A stretch of DNA of 64,000 bases, from positions 7,424,001 through 7,488,000 of the forward strand of contig OZ240241.1 in NCBI GenBank assembly GCA_965198115.1, given 5' to 3'. Under the pieces are notes generated by a model. That model made no database searches. It was not told the DNA's origin and saw only the letters and a list, made by a program, of their open reading frames with translations. This DNA comes from Candidatus Latescibacterota bacterium. Its GTDB lineage: Bacteria; Latescibacterota; UBA2968. A program made the translations under genes and the position numbers. How positions within the stretch are numbered: position 1 is the stretch's first letter; the number at the start of each line of letters is the position of its first letter. Shown here in pieces: positions 43,434 to 53,820 of this stretch.

Positions 43434-43665
43434 GGTCGAAGGATTGACCCACATTCAATCCGGCAACCGGTTCTTCCGCCACTTCCAGCGGATAATTAAC
43501 GCCAGCGATAGCCGGGTGGACCACGTCGAGTTGCCTATTGGTCTGACCGCCGACTGAACTGATTTCGGTGGTGATCAGCGCACCGTCGCAGTAAACGCAG
43601 AGCAGGAGGCGGCCTAACGGCTGCTTCCTGCTCATTCACAACTTCCGGATTCATTTCTATGCCTG

Positions 43666-46425
43666 TAAAGCCCGCGGTTGTCTGGACACTCGGGTGAGTG
43701 TATTCAGGCGGCCTTTCGAGTTGCCGTGAGTGCGTTTCTAGCCTGTTCGGGCGTCTTGTAGCCGTGACGTTCGATGATCCACCTGTGGTTGTATCTGTCC
43801 CGAAACTCAAGGAGTGCGAGGCGCAGGTCTTCGATGGTACTGAAGTGTCTAACCCACAGGAGGTTTTCTTTGAGGGTACGGATGAACCGCTCGGCGCATC
43901 CGTTGCCTTCTGGCTCACGCACGAAACTCGGCGATGTTTGGACGCCGAGGAATGCGATCTCGTTCTGGAAGTCGTCAGAGACGTATTGTGACCCGTGATC
44001 GTGTCGGAGCTCCAGTCCTTCGGCGATGTTTTCTTCGAAGCCCCCGAAGTGTTCACGGATGCCCTGTCGGATCGGCTCGAGAGCCTCAAAGCGGTTGGCC
44101 GTCTTGGAGGCGTGAATGCCCACACACTCGCACGTGCAGTGGTCGATCGCGATAAACACGGAGGCTCTGCCCTCGTCGACCGTGGGCGTCACAGTCAGGT
44201 CGGTGCCCCACATCTGATCGGGCTTCTCGGTCGTAATCGTGCCATCGTGGGCTCGTCGTTCGCGACGCCGTCCTGGACGCGCCTGGAGCCCGTTTTCACG
44301 CATCAACCGGCGGACCCGATCCTTTGACGTCCGCATACCGTGAAAGCGAAGCCTGGCCCAGATCTTGCGGTATCCTTCGCCGTGGAAGGGTGACGCGTCG
44401 ATCTCCTGCTGAATGAGGGAGACCAATTCCTCATCGGTACCCGCTCCGACCGGGCCTCGCTTCCGGGGTTGCCGAAGATCGGTTACGGATGAACGACGAA
44501 GCTGGCTGTGCACCGTGGAACGGGGTATCTGCAACACTTTGCACACGCGTTTAATGCTGTAGCGTCTCTCCGTGGAGGGCGAAAGGACCTCACTCATTTC
44601 CGCGACCTCCGATGCGCCAAAGGGCGGCGGGCTTCCAGACGATCGATTCTTTGTTGCAGCAGCTCGTTGTCCATCGTGAGCTCGCCAATCTTCGCCTGGG
44701 AGTTCAGGTCAATAGGTGTGTAAAAGAAATCAGGCGGCCATCTTCCCGGCTTCGACCTGCGGTCCGGTTGAGTGTTTCTGATCGTAGACTTGTTGTAGCA
44801 AGTGTGGCGCGGTGAGTTTCCTGAATCGGCTCTCTGCGACCTTGAGCGTACGCCAGATGAGAGCCGTGGCGTTCCTGACTTTCTTGAATCGCCTGGCGGC
44901 GTTTGTGCGAAGCCGAACGGAAGCAAAGGGGCTCTCGACGACGTTCGTGGTTCTCAGGTGTTTCCAGTGTTCCTTCGGGAAGTCGTAGAACGTGACCATC
45001 CGATCCCAGTCTCTTTCGAGCGTCTCCACGGCGGCAGGGAACTGTGAGCGATACCGTGCGGCAAAGCGTTTCCGGAGCTTCTCGGCCTCCTTTTTCGTGC
45101 CGGCATAGGGGATCTGGACGAGCAGTGCGCGGGCTTCAGCCTGTGCACGCTTGGCGACCTTGTCGAGCACGTTGAGGATCTTGTGGTTCCAGCACCGTTG
45201 TTGCCGGCTCTCTGGCCAGACCTGATCAACGGCCGCCCAGATGCCCATATTCCCGTCCGCGGCGATCAGGACAGGATGTTCGAGCCCGCGATCCCGGAGA
45301 TCCCGGAGCACCGTGAGCCAGGATTCTGTAGACTCTCGATAACCGGGTTCTATCGCCAGGATCTCCTTGCTGCCGTCGCTCATCGCGCCGATCACGACCA
45401 GCAGACACGCCTTCTCGCGCTCGAGCCCGGCTTTGACGTAGATGCCATCAGCCCAGGCGTAGACCAGTTCGCGATTATCCAGACGCCTTTCTTTCCAGTC
45501 CTGGAAGTCGACCTCCCACTTCCCTCGAAGACGAGCGATCGAGGTCGGCGAAAGCGGCGCGCCATCACCGAGCAGCGCACGCAAAGACAACTCGAAGTCG
45601 CCCTGGGAGAGACCGTGGAGATAAAGGTCGGGAAGCAGATCTCCAATGGCCCTGGTTCTCCGGGCGAACAGGGGGAGGATGCGGCTTTCAAACCGCTCTT
45701 CCAGACCACGAACCCGGGGACGCCGGACCTTGATCGTTCCGCAGCTCGTCGAGAGACGCCGGGGCTTGCCGTAGCCGTTCCTGTAGCCCCTGGAGCTATC
45801 GACCTCGGCTCGGCGCTCATACCACGACCGGCCCAAGAACGCGGTCGCCTCCTCCTCCAGAATGGACTGGAACCGGCCCTGGATCTCTTCACGGATCCAA
45901 TCGTCAACCGTCTCCCACGTCGGCATGGACTTCAATGGGGCTCTATGCGTATGTTCCTTCACGGCGATCCTCCTTCCCAACCGGGCCTCTCACCCGGTTT
46001 TGTGTGAATCAACTATCTCACGGGAAGGGTAGGGTCGCCCTTTCTCTTTTTCCACACCTTTTGATTATAGCTCTCGCCTGGAGGTCCTTGACCCTCTCGT
46101 CACGCTCGTCGCTCGGACGAGAGCGTAGTGCGGCTTGGGCGCCAGAGTGGAACTGATCGCGCCACTCGCTCAATTTAGCTGCCGTTACTCCCAGATCGCG
46201 AGAGACGCTGTCGAGGCTCTCGCCACGCATCACACGTAATACGGCTTCGGCCTTCTTCTTCACGGAGAAACGACCCTGCGAAGTCGCGCTTGGATCGGCT
46301 GGGCCTCCGCTCGCTCTCGCTCGCTCCGCCCCAACCGATCCCCTGGTAGCCTTGTTCATGGTGGACCCTCCTTTTCGACCTACTGTAGGTCAACGGAGTG
46401 TCCAAGAAAACCCCGGGGCGCTGGA
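43666..46425 (-). mobile_element. IS3-family element (orfA 46359-44594 split by IS256; orfB 43704-44597) flanked by a 17-bp direct repeat
   Basis: orfB motifs GYRKIWARLR, WGTD, HDHGSQY, NGCAERFIRTLKE. ATTCATTTCTATGCCTG occurs at 43649-43665 and 46426-46442. Confidence 0.88.
44700..46073 (-). mobile_element. IS256-family element, intact transposase 44730-45980, nested in IS3 orfA
   Basis: 8-bp TSD TCGCCTGG (44692-99 and 46074-81). TIRs GAGTTCAGGTCAATAGGTGTG and GAGCTATAATCAAAAGGTGTG. Motifs WADG, QRCWNHK, LRTTNVVES. Confidence 0.92.
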
Positions 46426-46435
46426 ATTCATTTCT

Positions 46436-48712
46436 ATGCCTGACAGACCGGAGCCAAAGCGTCTGGCGCCCACTGGAAATGTGAGCGCCCTATTTTCCGG
46501 CAGGTCACGCTTCAAATGGACAGCGCTCGTGCTCCTCAGTCTGCTTTTCTTACCCGGGATCAGCACTGCGAATAAAGCCGTCTTGATCGAAGGATACGTT
46601 TTCGACCGCGAAACTCGGCGCCCGATCGAAAACGTCAACGTCCAGCTCGGCGATCGCGCAGGGGGTGCAACCACCGATGAACAAGGCCGCTTTGCCCTCC
46701 GTCTGTCGCCGGGGGCCTATCGTCTGTCGTTTACGCACGTCGGATATCGAACAACGGATCTTGAACTGACCGTCTCAGGCGCAAGACATCCGATCCTCTA
46801 CGCCGAAATGGCCCCGCTCGCCCTCCAAATGGCCGCGCTCGACGTCGTGGCAAAACGGGCTGAGACTCGCTTTGACGAACGCCAGGAGACGACCGGCGTG
46901 CTCTCAGGCGACGAGCTCCGGAAGAAATACGGCCGCACGCTTGCCGAGACGATGAAGAACGAAATCGGGGTCGCCATCCGCAGCATGGGGCCTGCGCCTG
47001 CCCGCCCAGTCATTCGCGGCCTCAGCGGCGACCGCATACAAATCAACGTCAACGGCATCCAGACCCACGATCTATCCGCCACCTCCGCCGATCACGCCGT
47101 CACCTTGGAACCGTTCAACGCGGAACGCCTCGAAATCATCCGGGGGCCCCGCACCCTGCTCCACACCGCCACCGCCGTCGGCGGCGTGATCAACCTCGTC
47201 AGACACAAGATCCCCCAAGTCCACCCCCGACGCCTCTCCGGCAGCGTAGGCGCCTACGGAGAAACCGTCAACCGCGGCTATCTCTCATCTGTCGCCCTCA
47301 CCGCGCCCTTGGGCCCGCTCGCACTCTATGCCGAAACCACCTACCGGGATACGCGGGACCTGCAAACGCCCATCGGCAAGCTCGACAACACGTCTGTCAA
47401 CACCCGCACCCATACCCTCGGTCTGTCCCACGCCGCCAGTCGGGGCTACATCGGCGCTTCTTTCGATCAATTCGACACCGAATACGGCATTCCGGGCGGA
47501 TTCATCGGGGGCCACCCCAACGGCGTAGACCTAGACATCCTGCGCCGGGTCTTCGACGGCCGGGCGGCTTACCGTTTCGACCGCGGCGTGATCAGCAGCG
47601 TAGAGGCGGGCTTCACGAGGACCTTTTACCATCACCTCGAGTTCGAATCCAACGGCAGCATCGGGTCGGAGTTTTTGTTCCGGGACTACAGCGGCGATCT
47701 GAAGCTGCACCTGAACACGCAGAACCAGAAGCGAAACACCGTCCTCGCCCTCGGCTTTGGCCAGCACGAACTCGAACTGGGCGCCTTTGTCTTCACGCCC
47801 CCGACAAAAGAGCAAAGCGCCGCCATCAGCCTCTATCACGAATTGACCTATCGTCAGATCGAGCTTCAGGCCGCAGCCCGCTACGCCTACACCGCCTTCG
47901 ATCCGCGTCCCAATGCCTGGTCCAACGTCGGCCTGGATGTCGACCGAACGTTTCACACCTGGTCTGCAGCCATCAGCCCGCTTCTTCCCCTCACCGACCA
48001 AGTGATCGCCGGCCTCAGCCTCAGCCGGTCCCAGCGCGTGCCGACAATCGAAGAGCTCTACAACGAAGGTCCGCACTTGGCCGCGTATACATTCGAGGTG
48101 GGCAACGTCCATCTCAATTCGGAAAAAAGCCTCGGCCTCGAGGCCTTTTTGCACTACCTGCAACCGGGCCTCGACCTCGTCTTCATCGGATTCTGGAACG
48201 AATTCGACAGCTACATCGCCCCGCGCAATACGGGTGAAATCAATTTCGCCCAACTCCTGCCCATCTACGCTTCCAACGGCATCGCCGCCCGCATGCGGGG
48301 CCTCGAGATGCACCTTGGGTGGCGCCCAAATGCCCGTCTAAGCCTGGAATTCAACACCAGCTCTGTCCACGGCCAGAACCGTGATGAAGATCTGCCCCTG
48401 CCCGAAATGCCGCCGCTCAAGCTTGTGGGCAGCCTCACCTACCGGCACCCGTGGTTGACGTTGGGTGGGACGTCGGAGCTGATCGCCAGGCAGGATCGCG
48501 TTGACGAATTCGAACAACCCACGGACGGCTACACTGTCTTCGGCATCTACGCCCAGCGCGACATCCTCACCGACCATACCCGCCACAGCCTCATCCTCTC
48601 GGTAGAAAACCTCTTCAACACGGAATACCGCAACCACCTCTCGCGCATCCGTTCCGTGATGCCCGAAACTGGCCGAAACGTGAAGGTGAATTACAAGTTG
48701 TTCCTCTTTTAG
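46436..48712 (+). CDS. TonB-dependent receptor (ZnuD-like, probable metal uptake) with N-terminal carboxypeptidase-regulatory-like domain
   Basis: ARPVIRGLSGDR, SADHAV, RGPRTLL..GGVIN, EGPH, NLFNTEYRNHLS, GRNVKVNYKLFLF. Confidence 0.9.
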   Translation: MPDRPEPKRLAPTGNVSALFSGRSRFKWTALVLLSLLFLPGISTANKAVLIEGYVFDRETRRPIENVNVQLGDRAGGATTDEQGRFALRLSPGAYRLSFTHVGYRTTDLELTVSGARHPILYAEMAPLALQMAALDVVAKRAETRFDERQETTGVLSGDELRKKYGRTLAETMKNEIGVAIRSMGPAPARPVIRGLSGDRIQINVNGIQTHDLSATSADHAVTLEPFNAERLEIIRGPRTLLHTATAVGGVINLVRHKIPQVHPRRLSGSVGAYGETVNRGYLSSVALTAPLGPLALYAETTYRDTRDLQTPIGKLDNTSVNTRTHTLGLSHAASRGYIGASFDQFDTEYGIPGGFIGGHPNGVDLDILRRVFDGRAAYRFDRGVISSVEAGFTRTFYHHLEFESNGSIGSEFLFRDYSGDLKLHLNTQNQKRNTVLALGFGQHELELGAFVFTPPTKEQSAAISLYHELTYRQIELQAAARYAYTAFDPRPNAWSNVGLDVDRTFHTWSAAISPLLPLTDQVIAGLSLSRSQRVPTIEELYNEGPHLAAYTFEVGNVHLNSEKSLGLEAFLHYLQPGLDLVFIGFWNEFDSYIAPRNTGEINFAQLLPIYASNGIAARMRGLEMHLGWRPNARLSLEFNTSSVHGQNRDEDLPLPEMPPLKLVGSLTYRHPWLTLGGTSELIARQDRVDEFEQPTDGYTVFGIYAQRDILTDHTRHSLILSVENLFNTEYRNHLSRIRSVMPETGRNVKVNYKLFLF

Positions 48713-49249
48713 AGCGAGACACCTGACGCTGTGACCCGACTTCAGAACGGAATGGCCGTGGCGTCTTGCTGGACGCCGTCTCATAAATGAAACGCGGCCT
48801 TCCTCTCCCAGATTCTGACTCAGGGCACTTTCCCTGCTCACATGGGCTTCCTTGTGACACGTTTTAGTGCGCCTCCTCAACTTCCTCTCCGGCAGATGAG
48901 ATGTTAACGCCCTGCGAACGCTAGCGGCTGTCCTCGCCCACCAGATCGATCTCAAGATCCAGATGCTTGAGCATCGCCATTTGCAGAGCCCGAAGCACCG
49001 GCACGGACTGTTCGGCCGGGTAGGCATCGCGCACGAGGCTTTCAAAGCTCAGGGCCAGGATCATCAGAAACACCTGGTCGTCCCTTGCGCAGATCGTCGC
49101 TTGATCGCAAAACTGGCGGCCGTTGTGGACTCCCTGCCCGCAGTTCCCCCTTTTCCCTCGGCGGTCAGTTCGGGGGTCGCGGTATGCTCTCGGAACGGGA
49201 ATCCTCGGGTTGTGATGTCTGTGAGTGAGATTGCCAGTCGCCCCCGCAG

Positions 49250-49546
49250 CGATGGCCCGCCAAGGAGACCCTGAAGCGGGAGATCAAGGCGCGGAAGAAA
49301 GAGCTTCAGGATGCCCAGCGACGCCAACGCGACAACCTGCAGAAACAGATTCGGCGCGCTCAAGCCCGCATCTCCGCTGCCAAACGCAAGCGCCGCACCC
49401 GCCGCCTGATTCTCATGAGCTCCTACCTGGAGCACGTCACCGGCAACGATCCCGACAAGCGAGATCGCCTCATCAAAGGACTCAGGGATTTCTATTCAAG
49501 TCAAGACGACGGCTATCGTGCCCCTATAGGGGGCGCTGAGCCATAG
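49250..49546 (+). pseudogene. MobC/TraD-like mobilisation accessory protein remnant
   Basis: My translation: KETLKREIKARKKELQDAQRRQ...RISAAKRKRRTRRLILMSSYLEH...RDRLIKGLRDF. No in-frame start. Confidence 0.45.
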
Positions 49547-49671
49547 GCAACCTGCCCCGCCTCTTGCTGGCCTGGGGTCTCGACCGAAGCGGTACGGACC
49601 CAAAGCCGCGAGCTGGTTCTAGGGCGCTCGCTTTCCGAGTTCTCTGAGCAATCCGGGGACGCTGGTGCTCC

Positions 49672-49759
49672 CTTTGTGGTTTGTGTGTTGACACATTTAC
49701 CAAAACACGGCAATGTGTTTTAGTGGTTATTTCTTTTCTCAATCAGAAGGGTGGCGTGG
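49672..49759 (+). repeat. 88-bp inverted repeat, copy 1 (promoter plus parA 5' end)
   Basis: Identical to the reverse complement of 53282-53369 except at 49711. Confidence 0.95.
49688..49722 (+). promoter_or_regulatory. sigma70-like promoter for leaderless parA, within TGTG-rich putative ParG operator/centromere
   Basis: TTGACA-17 nt-CAATGT-6 nt-GTG start; no Shine-Dalgarno. Confidence 0.55.
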
Positions 49760-50329
49760 GCAAAACCACACTGGCAGTGAATGTCGCCGCTGGGTTGGCC
49801 CGTAACGGGCACAATGTCCTTTTGATCGACGCCGACAAGCAAGGGTCCGCCTCTGCTTGGGCGAGCTTGCGCGAGCATACCGATTTCAAGGTGATCTCAC
49901 TCGCCCGCGAAAACATGGCGCGGGATGCGCTGAAACTGGCAGCCGACCACACCTACACCGTGATTGATGGCCCGCCACACGCTGAATCCATTGCTCGCTC
50001 GTGCATTGTGGCGTCTGACCTTGTCCTCGTGCCCATCGAACCAAGCGGCCTGTCTACTTGGGCCAGCGATCTCACCGTCCGTCAGGTTCAGGAAGCACAG
50101 GAACTCAAAATCATCAAATGTTGTTTTGTGGTTTCACGCAAAATAGGGAACACGGTTATCGGTCGCGAGATCCGCTCGATGGCTGCCGCGATGGGCATCC
50201 CGATCCTGGCAAACGAAATCGCCCAGCGAGTCGCCTATGCCGAGAGTCTGACGATGGGCAAAATGATTTTTGAATGGGCACCGGAAAGCCCTGCCGCGAG
50301 CGAGATTGAGAAGCTGACAAAGGAGATTC
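49723..50329 (+). CDS. parA: ParA/ParF-type partition ATPase, 3' end interrupted by IS630
   Basis: NQKGGVGKTT, LLIDADKQGS, VIDGPP, QRVAYAES. Removing the IS restores EILSYEQ..., overlapping the parG start. Confidence 0.9.
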
Positions 50330-51596
50330 TAAGTGCATGGTTTCATAAACATTATTACGTATGTCCTGAACATTATTTGTAGCTTATGTTCTCCTTCAAA
50401 AGGAGGAGAACAATGCCAAGACGTTCGCCTTATGTGGTGCTACTGTCTGAGAAGGAACGGGTCGACCTCGAGCGAATGGCTGGACAATATACGTTACCGT
50501 ATTATCAAGTGATCCGATCGAAAATCGTGCTTCTCGCCGCCGAGGGATTATCCAACAAGATTATCGCCCAACGGTTGGATGTCCCGCGTCCGATCGTAAG
50601 CAAATGGCGTAAGCGCTTTTTCGAAGAGCGTCTTTCGGGACTCGAAGATAGATCTCGTCCCGGGCGCCCGCCCGGTTTTCCCCCCTCAGGTGGTCGTTCA
50701 GATCAAGGCGCTGGCGTGTGAACTACCGAGCGAGAGCGGGATACCGCTCTCGCGGTTCAGCTGTTCCGAGATTGCCGCCGAGGCAGTGCAAAGGGGCTTC
50801 GTTGCCAAGATCAGCGGCGCCACTGTCTGGCGCTGGTTGAACGAGGACGCGATTCGTCCTTGGTATCATCGCTCCTGGATTTTCCCACGGGACCCGGACT
50901 TCCAAACCAAAGCAGGTAGAGTCCTTGATCTGTATCACCGCCAATGGCAAGGAAAGCCTTTAGGGCCGAGGGAATATGTACTTTCTGCCGACGAAAAGAC
51001 CAGTATTCAAGCACGAGCTCGCAAGCACGTTACCCTACCGCCAGCCTCGAACAGAGCGGCACGCGTTGAAACACGAATACGAGCGGAAAGGAGCCCTGGC
51101 CTATCTGGCTGCTCTCGACGTGCACAATGGTCGAATCTTCGGTCTCTGTGAGTCTTCTTCGGGTATCGAGCCCTTCAACCGGCTCCTGAGCCTGATCATG
51201 AGCCGGAAACCCTATTGCTCGGCAAAGAAAGTCTACCTCATCGTGGATAATGGCTCCTCGCACCGAGGGCAAACATGCATCGACCGTATCCAGGGGAAGT
51301 GGCCAAACATCCACCCCGTTCACCTTCCGATCCACGCAAGCTGGCTCAATCAGATCGAGATCTACTTCTCGATCCTCAAACGCAAGGCTCTGACACCTAT
51401 CGAATTTGCATCGCTCGAAGAGCTTGAGGCAAGAATCCTCGGTTTTCAGGAACGCTACGGACGTATCGCCACACCCTTCAAATGGAAGTTCACACGAACA
51501 GATCTCGCGGAGATGATCGACAAACTCAGGTTCTACGATACGCCCTTGGCAAAGTCTGCTTAGAATACGTCACCGTATTTGAGAACAGGAGTACTA
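50330..51596 (+). mobile_element. IS630-family element (three ORFs: 50413-50721, 50690-51151, 50976-51563)
   Basis: HTH domain, TTTTCCCCCC slippery site, SADEKTSIQ, DNGSSH, HASWLNQIEIYF. CTAA/TA at both ends. An extra frameshift near 51068 (GTTGAAACAC). Confidence 0.88.
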
Positions 51597-51600
51597 AGCT

Positions 51601-51918
51601 ATGAGCAAGAAATCATTTCAGAGCGTTCCGAAACCAAAAATGCTTACCGATGACGCCCTGGAGTCCTTTGAAAAAGCGGGTCCAGGCCAGGGCCCGGCCC
51701 TTGAAGAACCTCCCCGCAAGAACATCAAACAGGAGAAAACCACTGAGCCGACAAAACGGCTCAGCGTAGATGTTCCGGTCTCCGTCCATCGGCGTTTCAA
51801 GACAGCGTGTAGCGCAACCAGCCGCCAGATGGTCGCTGAGTTACGACACTTGATTGAAGCCCACATATTGGAGCTTGAAAGTGAGATCGGGAGCGTCGGG
51901 CAGGATGACCTCCGCTGA
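51601..51918 (+). CDS. ParG-like ribbon-helix-helix partition protein
   Basis: Flexible N-terminus, then TKRLSVDVPVSVHRRFKTAC..MVAELRHLI; directly after parA. Confidence 0.75.
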   Translation: MSKKSFQSVPKPKMLTDDALESFEKAGPGQGPALEEPPRKNIKQEKTTEPTKRLSVDVPVSVHRRFKTACSATSRQMVAELRHLIEAHILELESEIGSVGQDDLR

Positions 51919-52069
51919 TGCGGCATTGTCACGTTAGCTTGCTGCTAGTTCGTCGAAGCTCCCTTGCATCCGGTACAGCGTTGACACCTCGGCTTCCTGG
52001 AGAAGGAAAATCGACTGACTTCCGCGGTGTCACTCTCCGTCTCCACCATATGAGGGCCATGCCCACTAC

Positions 52070-53175
52070 ATGATGAAGCGTGACTGGGACCTCCTCTTCT
52101 CGGAGGACGACCTCAGGGCCGGACTCGAGAATCAGCTGAGCCAGGTCGAAGACAAAGTGCGGGCCGTCGATCCTGTGCGATTCGAAACCAGCACCGACGA
52201 CCTCCTTTCAGCCACCATTGCCTCAGAGCTCGTGTTCGCTCCAATCGAGCTGCATGAGGACCAGCTCTCCGTCTCACCTCGCGACGCCAAGGTGGATGTT
52301 TCATACGACCACGACCGCGCTTTCTTTGGCCCCGGTCCGCACTACGTGGATGGATTGGAGGTCACATACAACCTTCCCTTCTCTGGCGACGCGGATCTCT
52401 TCAAATGCAAGCCAAACCAGTACACCTACAATGCACCTCGCGCGGTCCTTCGGCCAGGCGAATTGACCTTCCCCTACGACAGTGCGAATCGTGACGTAGC
52501 AGGGACGAAGAAGTCCTTTGACGACGACCTCACAACGATCAAGGAATGGCTAGGCTGGCAGGCCAGTCAGATCGCGGAATACAACGCCTCACTCGAAGAT
52601 CGTGTACGAAGCGCGGTCATCGCTCGCCGGGCAGAACTCTCCAAGACCCAGTCGGATCTTCAGGCACTTGGCATTCCCATCAAAGGGACCGAAGGACCAG
52701 CTGCCCCCTCGTCTGAACCACCGGCCAACCCGTTGAGCGTCGAGAGACAAAAAGGAAGGAGGCAAGGCGCGAGTATGACGTGGCGCTGTCCTTCGCGGGC
52801 GAGGATCGAGAATATGTAGAGCAGGTTGCCGAGCACCTCGTCAAGCTCGATGTCACCGTGTTTTACGATCGATACGAGACTGCTGAACTATGGGGTGAAG
52901 ACCTCGCGGTCCACCTCGGGAATATTTACTCCCGCGACTCCCACTTTGTGGTCATGTTCGCGTCACGGCACTATGCAGAGAAGGCGTGGCCGAATCACGA
53001 GCGGCAGCATGCCTTGGCGAGGCACCTCAAGGGGCAGACCGGCCGGATACTCCCTGTGCGTATCGACGACTCCGAGATCCCGGGCGTCCCGTCGACAATC
53101 GGTTATCTGGACGCGCGCGCCGTATCTCCAGACAAGCTCGCTGAACTGATTCGCCAGAAGGTGGATGCGCGGTGA
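52070..53175 (+). CDS. Uncharacterised N-terminal domain fused to a TIR (TIR_2) domain, split by a 1-nt frameshift at ~52717-52775
   Basis: The TIR frame is open from 52717: PVERRETKRKEARREYDVALSFAGEDR..VFYD..LWG..SRHYAEKAWPNHER..ILPVR. Confidence 0.75.
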
Positions 53176-53281
53176 CAGCCGGCCTCCGTAGCCGGTTACG
53201 CGGTATGTCAGATAACGCCGGGCTCCCGGCACGGGCCTTCACCGGCACTCCTTTCAAAAGGGGCTTCCCAATGAGTGAGAG

Positions 53282-53369
53282 CCACGCCACCCTTCTGATT
53301 GAGAAAAGAAATAACCACTAAAACACATTACCGTGTTTTGGTAAATGTGTCAACACACAAACCACAAAG
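53282..53369 (-). repeat. 88-bp inverted repeat, copy 2
   Basis: Minus strand reads TTGACA-17-TAATGT-6-GTG GTT ATT...GGC GTG G, then diverges from parA. Confidence 0.95.
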
Positions 53370-53714
53370 AGAACCCGACACCTGTACGAATGCGTGTGTG
53401 GCGACTGTCCGGCTGTACGTGATCGGCCCCCCGTTGTGGGCGCAGCAACTGGCGGCGAAGGGCGAACGGTGGACTCTGACCGGCGAAGGTTCGGCGGCGG
53501 CCCGGCGGTTCCTTGCGGGCAAGCAGTCGTTGGAGCGGGGCGGTCGGAGAGAGGGTGGGACCCGGACGACCCGACGGCGGACGATGCCGCGCGGAAGCGG
53601 TACGACCGGGCGGTCGAAACCCTGAAGCGGGAGTATGGATCTCTTCCTCCTTGCCCGTCGAGCTTGGACTTGCCCAGTGCGCCCTTGGGGTGGGCGGCGC
53701 AGTCTGCCCTTGGC

Positions 53715-53820
53715 CCTTGCCGCGGCTCCTCAAACGCTTTGACCGCTACGATGCCCTGATCCTCGACGACATCGGCTAGCACAGCCGGGAAGAGATGGAG
53801 ATTCTCTTCGCGCTGCTGTA
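53715..53820 (+). mobile_element. IS21 IstB helper ATPase remnant
   Basis: LPRLLKRFDRYDALILDDIG*..SREEMEILFALL. Confidence 0.65.

Noticed and set aside
43434-43556. DGR template/variable repeat pair
   Set aside because: Differences from the lipoprotein copy are not adenine-specific and no reverse transcriptase is present.
6279-48712. Genome-wide TAG reassignment
   Set aside because: Several complete genes end in TAG at the expected family C-terminus (6279, 10315, 11382, 38348, 48712).
52780-53175. Canonical Thoeris or CBASS system
   Set aside because: No ThsA (SIR2/Macro-SLOG), cyclase or STING/SAVED partner in the window.
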